DNA from: Laetmonice hystrix
Lineage: Eukaryota
Assembly (NCBI GenBank): GCA_965235115.1
Contig: OZ249443.1
Location: 9,734,001-9,798,000, forward strand
Length of the DNA: 64,000 nt
Direction: 5' to 3'
Positions 40,701-51,378 of the stretch are shown here, piece after piece. Within the stretch, counting starts at the first letter, position 1; every line of letters starts with the position of its first letter. The position numbers were made by a program, and so were the translations under genes. The notes beneath the pieces are model-generated. The model searched no databases, was not told the DNA's origin, and saw only the letters and a program-made list of their open reading frames with translations.

Positions 40701-43700
40701 ACGCTTATTGTGAACGACGAAACATTTTTTTATATTCTGCAAATTTAAACATGATATCACTCGGCTTAACAACATCCATTAATGTGGGATCCTGATACAG
40801 ACATTACAAAAGGTATTCTCGACTATGTATTCCGTATCGCACAGTAAAATGTATGCATTTTTGTCATATCTTGACATCTGAAGATGTATGAGACCTGAAG
40901 ACCAGAACTTGAGTCACAAAGATTATTGCCCTTTCACTTATCTTCAAGAGTGTTTCTTCTGCTTTTACCGTTGCATATTCGTCTTCCTCTTCTCCTTCTT
41001 GTTTTTCTTGCAATGCCTGTCAAGTTCTGAAAGCACGAAAGCAACAAATGCATATGGAACAGCATGTGTGATTGGACAGTGAACTGCCGGTCGGAACGTT
41101 GGAAATGTTTGGAGCATTTGGTTGAAGCCAGCAGCCTGAGCCATGCAGCGTCATGCGGAAACTTGATCAGTCAGAATGGATTCGTCGTGGTGTGCACCGA
41201 GTGTGTCCGCAGTTTCTTCTCTTGACGCTCCTTGATCATGGCTGCGTTTTAGGACGTAAACGGTCCCAGATTAAAGCGAAGTCCTATTTCTACGCCTAAA
41301 TGCCAGTGACATATATTAAAGAGTTGGATGCATGAAATTCACTCATCAGTATTCTCTTAGTGCATCATCCTATTGCATGATACATGCAGTGGTGAGACGG
41401 TAAATGGTGTTTACAACATCGGCAGAGATAAGGCCTGCTCGACCTTGTAGTTATTTTTGGGCACTCCCTAATTTTGAGATCGGGGGTTAGAGTGGCCAGT
41501 AATTTAATAGGTGAAGGATGATTTTTGAATACAAGGATGAAACTGGCGGTACTATACTGAAACGTCATCCTGGGCGGGAACATGACTATAATGCACTTAA
41601 TAAAGACTTACAGCATCTAGTACTTATAAAGAAATATGAATACCATTTTGTGCAGTTTATTTGATGCCCGACTAGTATAAGCCCATTCACCACAACTGAC
41701 CTCTGTCCCATCTAAATGCCAATCTGACCCATAATGGGTCGCTTCTCCCGAGGTACAACACTCAGTGGTTCATAATCGTGATGCTAATTGACCAAATATG
41801 CTGGGTTTAATTATGTTATTGTGTTCGCTGGTCCCAGGAGAGAGCTTTCCTCTCCATCCTTGTGCACTTAGAACTTTCCATCCCCTGCATTATCGCCATT
41901 ATTGCTCATGAAGGCTCGCCTGGAATACAAGATGATGTGACATAAAAGATGCTGGTAACGTAATCAGACGGTGCAGACTAAATTGCGCTGCGCCCAATCC
42001 ACCTGGGGAAAACGCCATCTGGTGGAGAAAAATCAGTTTGGCCAGTGGCGTCCAAATGTCATTGCCATGGTACTGTGCATGTGTGCGGCTGTTCACGCGC
42101 ATGCACTTCATTCCACTTTTTTTTCGGAAAGACAAGAGTGATTTTTATGCATTGTTCTCTGCCTCCCCATACGGCCTCTCAAGGAACTTACACAGTGTGG
42201 GAAACGGTGTATAAGACTATGCAGACAGTCAAAGAAAAACCTGTCTTCATCAATTCCACCGCGAGTTCTCCCCGTCTAGGTTGTCCTAGTGGACTGGACT
42301 TGGTGACGGATGGCTTTTTAGGCTATTGTTCTTTCGTCGTAGTTTGCAAGTTTTGGGGTCAGGGGAGGTTTGTGACACCATAATATCATCAATCACAGCA
42401 TCTCTGGTTTCTCATCCATCTTATCCACTTGTTTCTGACTGAAGAAGACAGAATCTCATCCTTGGGGGGTCAAGCATACTTGAAGGGGGCGGAGGGGGCA
42501 AAAGTGCCCCACCTGTGAACAGAGTAGTGAATGGCGAGCGGGAAAAAAACTGGAAAGGGGCAAAATCATTTCAGGGACAAAATCATTTCTGTTCCAAATA
42601 CCCTCTGCCAGGACAATGTATGCATGTAGCGGTCATGACTGTGCGACTTGTTCAGCCATTCATCTCATGTTCTTCATGTTGTTGGTGTGTTCCAGTTGCC
42701 ACCGCCGCCGGTACAGAACTTCGGGAGTATCCAGGAGGAACACCTTGGCTCACTCCATATCTCGCTCGACTACAACCCAGAGCAGGGTCTCCTCACCGTC
42801 AGACTCATCCAGGCTCGAGATCTCGTGCCGCGAGACTTCAGTGGCACTGCCGACCCCTACTGCCGACTCTGCCTCGTTCCCAACCGGAGACCGCAGTTAC
42901 AAAGTCGGGTTCACAAGAAAACGCTCAGCCCCGAGTTTGAGGAAGAGTTTATTTTTGAGGTTTTGCCAAGCAATATTGATTCAAGGACACTAGAGATACT
43001 AGTGTATGACTATGACCAGTACTCACGGGATGAGCCCATTGGACAGGTCCTTCTGCCGCTCGAACAACTAGACCTGACAGAGACAGCAGTCCTCTGGAAG
43101 GGAATCTCACAACCTGCAAAACAGAAAGAAGAGGTAAGTGAAGGGTTCTCACCCAACGATCTTATGGATTATCAATTTATCAGAAGGGTTCCATTCTCCA
43201 GTTACTTGCAGTGAGGTCAACATTGCAAGGAACTGTTACGAAATGTGAGCAGGAGTATCCTTACGTTTGACGACATGGCCCTATATTAACCATTTCTGGC
43301 AGTGATTATCCAAGTTCCTAATTTATTTATTTATAATCTGAGGTATTACTATGGGCTGGCTAAAAAAGTCCAGAATCTAAAAATGTGGCCCACCCAACAT
43401 TTTGGGCTGGTTACGGGCCTGTGATGGATGTGAGCTCCGTATGTATTTTGTGATGACCACTAAGTGCTGCTAGGGTGTAAAACACCCAATAACTCATCCA
43501 CTTCCCTTCTGGTTGGTAGCAGGGTAATTTGAAATCACGGTCACCCGTAGAAATTCACCTGCGATAAGTGACCCTCAGTGATCGACCTACTGACCCAGTG
43601 TAGGAATATGCCATGATCTATTTATAGCGGGAGAGATGACATATCAAGTACCTCTTATTAATCTTACTACATGCATTTGCCTTTTTTAATGGACACATTA

Positions 43701-45636
43701 GATAGATTGCTCATTTCACATTTTCGAACCTAGGTGGAAGCTCTTGGCAGGCGCCGTAATTTACTTGGCACAGCCAACCTACTACCCCTACCCCCAAGAA
43801 GAAAAGGGGAAAAGGTTAACAGGGTGACTGCAATATGATAGTGAAATAAAAGTTCCTTTGATGGACCGGCCGCAGCTGCCCTGGCGTTTTTCACGTCTGT
43901 CATGGAAACCCGATACCCATTGACCTGATACCCATTGACCTGATACCCATTGTTCATGCAGCTGAGCCCATATCGGGTTTCACTGGATGGGTGAGGTGTT
44001 TCATATTTTTGTACTGCCCTCAGTACGATACGTCGTGCGTGATAAAGAGAGCATGGTTTCACTTACTCAATGATAACGTAGATTTAATCTCATATATTTG
44101 AGGTAATTTGATTTTATCAGGACTTGTAACCTTTATCTACAACTATCTGCAGAATCGCCCATGCACTTTACATAATTTCAATCTTAGCCAGCACACATAT
44201 ACAACTTTCTCTCCATTTAAATGATGTGAACAAGCTCGTATGTTTAGGTCTGAACCCTATTAAATGCTACCATTCGCTGTGACATGGCGATTAGGGTGAT
44301 TATCAAAATGTTAATGTAGTCGCTACAGTAAATGAGAATGAACCTTTCCACCATCTAAGGATGTTGAGTCAATATGTGCCGAGCAATTATACATTTCCGG
44401 CACCACGGAAATACAAAAGGGAAAAGAGAATTTGTTACGACAGGAAGTCACCACCGTTTCCATTAATAGAAATAACTGTTTGTATTTAAGAAAGGCTGCA
44501 CCGAAAAGGAACATTCGATCTTAGCAATTCCGCTATTCCAACTCCAAAATAAAATTATATCCGGTACATTTGATGGCAAATATGTAAGATAAGTTCGAAT
44601 GTCGGAGCTTGTATTGAACAAATTGGTAAAAAAAAATCTATTATAGATTACACACTCATTTACATGAAATAAACATCACAGAATATCGTAGCCGTAAAGA
44701 GTTTTCCACTAAGAAATCATTTTGCATTTAAATGAGAATTACGGTACAACAAGGTTCTTGATTTCTAAAAGAGAACAAAAAACACACACCATCTTTGTAA
44801 TATCATGCAAGCTTTGCTCTGTCATTCCACAGCAAATGTCAACGTGATTTAGAAATAATTATCCAACCGAAAAAGCTGAGTTAGGTGCATTAAGAGGAAT
44901 CTAGTTCAGTCTAAGTTAGTAATTAGTCGCCAGAATGATTGCGGTGGTTATCACTTAGGTGCCTGGCCAGTCGCTTTGAAGGATAACAAAGCAATTTCAT
45001 ATAGCAGTGGTGGAGGCGAAGTGTGAGCAGATCGATGGGGAGGCCGTGTTTGAAGGTGCTGGGCACGTGGAACGTTAGGAACCTACCTATAATATCGACA
45101 ATCCTATTACAGAGTGAATGAAGCCGTCGAGGCCACAGCCGGCGAGTCGCGCCTCCTGCCTCAGAAAAAAAAAGACATGCAATGCTGCAAAAAAAATTCC
45201 TTCGGGCAGAGCTGTGAGTGAGTGCAACGTGATAAACCTTGTTCGTGTCCAGTGACCGGCGTCTGGTCGGCTGTGATAGGATACATGAGGATAGCGGGGT
45301 CAAAACTAAACCCAAGTATCCACACGCATAATACCACACAATGTCGTCGGCCATGACCAGTTCACAACCTTACAGGTCCTGCACCAGTCACAACCAGTAT
45401 GGGGGGAAATAACAGTGACATTTATCCTGCTCTAATGTTTCTTTCTCAAATATTTCTCTGTGGTCAAAGGAGGGGTTGTGTCACACGCGTGCTTTCTTAC
45501 ATCCCCAGCTGGCTGGAAGAACTACTAGACAAATCTTACATGTGTGCATTATGTTGCGTGGCAGTTGAGGAGGTATATAACTTTACATGACTCACTTATT
45601 AAGATATTTTAAGATATTTTAATCCAGATCCCTCTC

Positions 45637-45685
<49 letters not shown>

Positions 45686-46790
45686 GGTACCAACATCTTT
45701 ACAGAAGTTGTGGCTTTATATAACCTGTGCGAAAACATCTTTCAGTCAGTGATTTCTTTAGGTGTTGAATGAATAATTCTCTGGACGTCCTTGCAAGGAA
45801 ATGCATCATCCCAAAATAATTTCGTTAAGATATTAGTGGGTGTGCATCTGGTGAATGCGAAAAGAACCCTGGGAAACGTGCAACCAATCATACATTCTCT
45901 TTTACATAAGGGTTTTTCACTGCAGCTAAATGTAGCTTTTTGATGTGATAAACCAGTATGATCGTGTTTATGAATATTAAAATGGCTGATTATTCTGTAT
46001 TTGACAGGAGGAATCGTTAGGTGACATCATGGCGTCGTTGAGTTACCTGGCCAGTGCTGAGCGACTTACTGTCTCAGTGCTGAAAGCACGCAACCTTCGG
46101 CCTCCCGACGATGGCAAGAACACAGCCAGTAAGTCCCCCCCCCCCCAACCTCTTACAACGTCAGACATAATAACACAGAAATTCATCTCTGTTAATACCA
46201 GAGGTGGGAGGCACCTAAAAATGTGTTAAGTTATTAAAATTAATTAACCTTTGGTCAGACGGGAAAGGCAAAGTTTTACCTATTGATTTGCCAAATTAAA
46301 TTTATGTTGAGGTGTCCAAAGAAAAATTTTGAAAAAGGTACAAATGTAGCCTGACTTAAGGCCATCTTCGCCTTTTAACTTTTTCTTGGCCGAAATTGTT
46401 TTGTCATTTATTTCATTATACCTTTCTATTTCAGACCCATTTGTCAAAGTACAATTAGTACTAGCAGGAAAACGTCTAAAGAAGAAAAAGACCTCGACAA
46501 AACGGAACTCACTGAATCCGACCTGGAACGAGGCTGTGGTGTTCAGTCTGACGAAAGACACCTTGAAGAGAATCCAGGTGGATTTCGTTGTCTGCAGTGA
46601 TAACCTTCTCGGTAATAACGAGGTTCTAGGTCACGTGACCCTCGGGGCAGAGACCTCTGGTGAGGAGCTGGCACACTGGCGAGATATGATGACGTATAAA
46701 AGCGCGACTGCGCGTTACCATGCTTTGCGGCCGCCACCGCAAGATTCGCCACTCTACCACAACCAGGGTCGGAGATGTTCAGACTTCTGA
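1741..46790 (+). CDS. Syt: Synaptotagmin-family tandem C2 domain protein, 6 coding exons (1741-1748, 6526-6557, 9582-9778, 42696-43133, 46008-46128, 46435-46790), 383 aa; subfamily unresolved
   Basis: Exons join with GT-AG sites and compatible phases (2,1,0,0,1) into one 1152-nt open frame. C2A (LGSLHISLDY...ARDLVPRDFSGTADPYC...VYDYDQYSRDEPIG) and C2B (LGDIMASLSYL...GKRLKKKKTSTKRNSLNPTWNE...HW) are clearly synaptotagmin-like. The 5' exons are less certain than the C2 exons. Confidence 0.85.
2693..2991. mobile_element. GC-rich MITE of the CAGTGGCGGATCC family; left end truncated, spans an N gap
   Basis: GGATCCAGGATTTCAGGG at the left and GAATCCGCCACTG at the right; same family as 11026-11289. 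Confidence 0.7.
2822..2959. other. Assembly gap (138 N)
   Basis: Run of N. Confidence 1.
3506..4455. repeat. 33-bp GC-rich minisatellite (GAGGAGGAACTGCGGCGGCCCTCCGGTAGGAGT), ~28 copies
   Basis: Directly visible; produces 11-aa repeat ORFs on both strands. Confidence 0.97.
6526..6557 (+). CDS. 32-nt Syt micro-exon ((R)TVPVRGYISF(R))
   Basis: Long pyrimidine tract ending tctctacAG, and a consensus donor GTAAGT at 6558. Phase 2 in and phase 1 out bridge 1748 to 9582 exactly. Confidence 0.65.
8777..9303. mobile_element. Palindromic MITE with TTAA target duplication and AGG...CCT ends (Kolobok/T2-like)
   Basis: TTAA|AGGGAGTCGTAAAATTC...GAATTTTACGACTCCCT|TTAA. The arms are near-perfect inverted repeats over ~230 bp each. 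Confidence 0.9.
9582..9778 (+). CDS. Syt linker exon (SSPNRTPTT...SRRRASMQDALDATQINTSLYEDMQ)
   Basis: Pyrimidine tract plus cacAG acceptor; donor CAG|GTAAGG at 9778/9779. The phase-0 end matches the C2A exon. Ser/Thr-rich linker containing an RRAS motif. Confidence 0.75.
11026..11289. mobile_element. hAT-like MITE, 16-bp perfect TIR CAGTGGCGGATCCAGG
   Basis: TIRs at both ends, with a GGTAT direct repeat on both flanks. Confidence 0.88.
11883..12094. mobile_element. MITE with ~45-bp TIRs and TA target duplication
   Basis: TA|TAGTCTGTTCGCTCT...AGAGCGAACAGACTA|TA; the inverted arms extend to ...CTCATTAAA / TTTAATGAG.... Confidence 0.8.
15682..15980. mobile_element. Palindromic MITE (PIF/Harbinger-like), 3-bp CTG duplication
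   Basis: GTCCCGGTTTCAGAAAGG...CCTTTCTGAAACTGGGGC with ~55-bp imperfect TIRs and an inner inverted pair. Flanked by CTG on both sides. Confidence 0.75.
17822..18284. repeat. 51-bp minisatellite (CTGATTGAGTGGTCAAGTAAAGCTGGTAGGATGCACTGCTTCGATAGCAGT), ~9 copies
   Basis: Directly visible; gives 17-aa repeat ORFs. Confidence 0.95.
18290..18718. mobile_element. Degenerate MITE with C-run/G-run inverted ends
   Basis: CTGGTGTAACACTTTCAAGTCCCCC... versus ...GGGGGTACATTTAAATTGGTACACCGG; imperfect match. Confidence 0.5.
23923..24646. repeat. 59/60-bp minisatellite (...GCTGATCCAGTGGCGCCATTCGTATTGTCCCATTCACACAGCGGCCCATGCCGACAC...), ~12 copies
   Basis: Directly visible tandem units differing by a 1-nt indel. 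Confidence 0.96.
26978..27114. other. Assembly gap (137 N)
   Basis: Run of N. Confidence 1.
29146..29472. mobile_element. hAT-like MITE of the CAGTGGCGGATCC family, diverged, reverse orientation
   Basis: CACTGGGGGATCC...AAATCCTGGATCCTCCACTG, with a GCAATT direct repeat on both flanks. Confidence 0.75.
32342..32924. repeat. ~31-bp minisatellite (GGGGGTCAGACCGCCCAATTACGTAACACAA), ~19 copies
   Basis: Directly visible; the G-run length varies between units. Confidence 0.96.
35204..35362. mobile_element. Short diverged CAG...CTG GC-rich MITE
   Basis: CAGTGACGGTTCCAAGGGGG...CAAAATCCTAGACACACCCCTG resembles the 11026 family; no target duplication is evident. Confidence 0.55.
36260..36505. repeat. 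Degenerate tandem duplication, ~100-bp period
   Basis: TTAATTTATTG..CAAATTTAACC..TCCTCAG.GTTAA..TCG.GGTGTAAAC occurs twice, with shorter subrepeats. Confidence 0.6.
42696..43133 (+). CDS. Syt: Synaptotagmin C2A exon
   Basis: Acceptor ttccAG at 42694-42695 and donor GAG|GTAAGT. The translation is a complete C2 domain, within ORF 42648..43214. Confidence 0.95.
45641..45680. repeat. (AG)20 microsatellite
   Basis: Directly visible. Confidence 0.97.
46008..46128 (+). CDS. Syt: Synaptotagmin C2B exon, first part (EESLGDIMASLSYLASAERLTVSVLKARNLRPPDDGKNTA)
   Basis: Acceptor tttgacAG, phase 0; donor A|GTAAGT, phase 1. Confidence 0.93.
46435..46790 (+). CDS. Syt: Synaptotagmin C2B terminal exon
   Basis: Acceptor ctatttcAG, phase 1. 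Encodes PFVKVQLVLAGKRLKKKKT...EELAHWRDMM...; stop TGA at 46788-46790. An AATAAA lies about 35 nt downstream. Confidence 0.95.
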
Positions 46791-47432
46791 AACATACCAT
46801 ACATCCATTTTGATAACATACTGACAATAAACTCACTTCATAACAATATCAGGCGCGGTCTGTGAACGTGAAAAGGATATATACGGACTTATTTTTATGG
46901 AGACGAGGATTTACTTAATGAAAGCGACTGTGGTAAATTTTCAAAGCCAGCTTACTACGAAACGGCGAAGCCACATGAAAGGCTGACGGAGAGTTCGTTA
47001 CTAGGGACCACCCCAAGGAGATTTTTACAAAGAACGTAATAATATGTAATAATATATTCTCTGTGTCCCGTGTGTACTATACAAGAAGCACCAACATTGT
47101 GCACATTGTAATGGTTGTTGTGTAGGTTATACCTACCACGACGCTGTGTATCATACTGGGTATGTGATGGTAATCCTATAAGAGGCAAAGATATTGTATT
47201 GCCACGCTATTTTTCTATGCCCCCGGGTTTCACTTCCGCGAAGGAGAAACAAGTAGAATATGGAACTGTTCTGTTATAATGATCATGTGTTGAAAGACTG
47301 TTACGATGTCAAGTTTCTTGTTTTATTTAAATATAAATTCAGACATCAGGTGAACCTTTGACCATGACGTATACCGGTTATTTTGTTGTCTACTCACGTC
47401 ATGTCGTCGCCAGATGTGTATCAGCCTGGTGT

Positions 47433-47531
47433 GCGTTTCACAACCATCGTTATCCTGTCGTCCGTTAGAATCCCCATTAAAAATACACTGGTGTTAACGA
47501 TACGACAAGCCAACGACAGGTTGTGAAACGC
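47433..47531. mobile_element. Tiny hairpin MITE (GCGTTTCACAACC / GGTTGTGAAACGC)
   Basis: 13-bp perfect inverted ends plus imperfect inner arms. Confidence 0.65.
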
Positions 47532-50500
47532 TGATCTCTGTTGCTTGAACGTTGGTCTGCGCTAATACACTAATTCTTGCCAGCGATAGAACAGGAGACA
47601 GATGTAGGTCTCACTCCTACAGTGAATTATTTACTTACATAATAGATTAGCACATGTGAAACATCGTATTAATAAGAAACAACCATGATATGATAAACTC
47701 CGAACTGGTCTTTTAGCATTTTCAACAAATCTGGTTGATGTCTTGACTGTCCTCCAATGTCTGTCTAAATGATTCACCTGTCTGTAGCTGGTAAAGGACT
47801 TATGGATATTCTTCTTCGTCTTACCATAAAGTGCGTACTGGTGTGATTGTCTAAGATGAGCTGTACATTAGAATCCAATTCTAATGTCAGGAAGCGATAG
47901 AAATACCTATCCCCCAAGGTTGATAGTTAACCGAAATGAAAAGATCGAATTTATAGATTCATATTTTTGTTAATACTTTTTGCATTGATTAGGGAGCAGT
48001 CTTCTCACGACTGTAAATGTTAATTGCACGTAAACATTGATAAGAAATGTTGTATATGTGAACACGTTGTTCGTTGAAAGGACAGAGGCGAGACGTCGAG
48101 AGAATGACTGTGAATTTAGAGAAGTACACGAAAAAGGACATTGTGCTGGCATGGTCTGTATTGTGTACATAACGGGTAGTTACGATGTACTAGTTTGGTT
48201 ATGGGGAACATTCTTTTGACTCAAAACAGTCCAAGATGTTTGCTCTAGATAGGTCGGCCATATTAACGAGAGTAGTCGTATGGTAAAGATATTCCGGAAT
48301 TCTCCCCCAGCTCTTATCTTCGACCCACCCGTCTAGTGGCTACCTCCCATGTTCGTACCCCACAGAATATCAAGGAAGGTAAATTTCAAGAGGTTGTTTT
48401 AGTGTTCAGTGGACACTAAATAATCGAGTTTAGATTTGGTCCCTATGAGGTGCGAGAAGTGAGATATTCGGATAGAGTGGATACTAATGGAGTTACAATC
48501 GAATTTGTACGAATCCTCAGCCAACGTTACATTTCGAACTTTTAAAAACTGAGGACTAAATAGACCAAGTTTCGGTTGTCTGTTGTTAGTTTTTGGCTAT
48601 TACTCTAACTGGTGTACTTGAGTATAACTACGGACAAAGGAGTTTCTATGGTGATATACAATTATTGTTGATGCAAATAGATCTAATATTTAATGAGCGC
48701 ACGTTCGTACTTGTAAAGCGGGGGTGTTTTTGTTATGTTGGTTTTTTTATTATATCGGTAGGGGACACTAGAGAGCCCGTCCCTGGCTATGAACTGAGAC
48801 CGTTTTCCTGCGTACATCAGCCCATCTTAATAATAAATTTACTTACACTGACGCCCTACGCCGCCTTTATCACATTCAATCGCTCTCCGCTAATAATTTG
48901 CGTAATTCGGTGAGGCAGCTGACCAAGAGAACGTTAAAAAAACTCGGTTTTATTAGGTCAGCGTTTTTCGTTAAGTATGTCATTGTAGAAATGATGGGCT
49001 CCACTTGCAGTATTTTGTAATAATGTTATGTATTTATTACATCCACTGCGGTCTGATAATTCGAGGGGGGCGTAATGTTTTATGCTGAATTATGGACTGC
49101 GCATTTAAGGTATTTTCTTGTCCCTAGCTCCCTTGGTTAAAGCTGGGTCCGTAATGGTTAAATTGTCATCTCTCCTCGCCCTGCTGGCTGCAGTAATTGT
49201 TGGCGGCTGAAGGAACCGACGGGGTCCAGGATATACCCAACCCGTGCAGTAACTGCCCAGAGATCAAGGACCTTGCAGTCGGTACTACACCAACCCAACC
49301 AGCCACAGTCAGCACCAGGTCAATGCTCGCAGACAATGATCTGTAGGCGGATATTCCGGCACGTACTTGTAGTGAAAGTAATAGTGTATCTTGTTAACCT
49401 GGCTGCTTTCAAATCGTGAATACTTCTCTTAATGTTCAGTTGATGATGGGTCGTGTTCACGATATTGTTGAGTTTCTACCCTCTATCATGCTACATTTAC
49501 TAATAGAATTTCATGGAGACGCTCTATGGTCCCTACTTTCTACCGAGGTCAATTTGTTAAGCTCAGTTTACAGTTGTTTGTTTGTTTATTTGTTTACTTT
49601 TACAACCAGTTTTCAACCAGTAATCTTTTCATTTCCTTTTTCCGTTTTGTTTATGCAAGAGGTGTATCTCTAGGTTCCATTCACGTGACTTACGTGAGGA
49701 TTATCATTGGTTCCCATCGGTAATTTATAGATGAGATGTGGGTCACGTGAGTGAAAGCCAGAAAGGAGAAGGTTCCAAGAATTATGAAGGGAACATACGT
49801 GGTAAGGTTGTTATTCAGGGATTCTGATCATATTGGTGTTTTGATGCAACATTATGCAGTTCGTTAAGATGATCCTGTGTGGTTAGTATGACGACATTAT
49901 GACTACGTGGAAAATAAAACTTGTGTGTCCTGCAGAAACAGCATCGGGTCCGTGTTATCGTCTGTTGTGTAGATCGGAAACGATTAATCGATAAGTCGAT
50001 AAATTACGATATATTGTGTTCTCTTCGATACATCAGTACGAATTTCAAAATGTCGATATAAAATTATATGCACATCATGAGTGTAACTAGGCCTACCAAT
50101 GGAATTATGGGCATGGGCCCATACTTTGGGGTCATCGACCAGATTGACCACTGGCATATGATGTCACTTCCTGCTATTCGAATATACCCTCGGGTGGATT
50201 AGCGGCCATGTTTGGCAACCGGATACATGGCCAAATGGCGGTGTGTAGCGAGGCACTGAGTGAACCGTCATATCCCATCGAGCCAGGAAGTAGTGCATTA
50301 TTGACACCTGCTCCTTCGGCGTTGTATGTGCAAATATAAATTTCTGGTATGAAGGGGAACGTTTGATGAAGAAAAATGAATCACCTAATTTACCTAAATG
50401 GGCGTCAATACGGTAATTTATCAAATTATGGGAAGCAATATGGCCGCACCCATGAACGACACATGCACGACACATGGTAGGACTACTTGTGATTCAATTA

Positions 50501-51375
50501 GTTGTATCATGAACATGATACTATCGTAATATTGCCCACTGACTTCCGGGAAAGCACTGTATAGGCCTATTTTAGTTGCTTCCATGCCTGATGCAGACAA
50601 AATACTGCAAGCACTGCCATGCTGTCGGGAGTCCCGGCTAAATGTACCCGCGATACAATGCTCAAAATGGCGCCTATTTCACCCGAGGCTACTTTCGAAG
50701 ATATGGCCGAGGGAATCCCGAATGCCACCTGGAAGGTAGAACAACTGGGGGCGCCTTGAATATACAATACGCCTCTGTGCAGCAAGATCAGAGTTAGCAT
50801 ATTCAGGGTTTTGTTTTTGTCGCCAGGATCCATCATCTTTCCTTGTTCAAAAAGTTCGCAGCAAATTCGTCCATGTCTCCGATATCGCAATGAAATCTGG
50901 AAAGACTTTTTTGGTGGGAGGGGGGGGGGGAGGGGATTAACACAGTGGGAATAAACCAAGAATTTCACTATCAGTATTAAATATAGTCAGTCCAATTATT
51001 TTAATAAGCGAGCGCGACTATATGTAGGCCTAGTAGGGAGTCGTCATGGATACCACTCGCGTCCTATTGGTTGATTCGTCCCTCCACAATACCTTCACTG
51101 TTTATGCTAACCTGACAGCTCCCAATATCTTTGGAGGACGGCTAACAATCAATGAGGGTTGGACTTACCTTGTGGCGCCGCCTGTTGGATAAAGCTAGTA
51201 TAAAGCTAACTGAGTGCCCTCTACTGTCGGCATCTATCTGGGCTATCAGTCGTTGGAACAGGTGTGATGATTATCAAGATAAAGACATGAATAATCCCAC
51301 CACTGAATGAAAACATCCGGCATGGATTGTTCACAGTGAGCGGAATGAAGTCGGCAAACCTAGCGTGAGTAAACT

Positions 51376-51378
51376 ATG
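51376..51378 (+). CDS. Initiator ATG at the end of an upstream exon (aaactATG|GTAAGT)
   Basis: Perfect GTAAGT donor immediately after the ATG. Phase 0 matches the acceptor at 51729/51730. Confidence 0.55.

Noticed and set aside
50711-50719. GGGAATCCC kB-like site upstream of the nuclease-Death gene
   Set aside because: A single short motif is expected by chance in 64 kb, and the transcription start is unknown.
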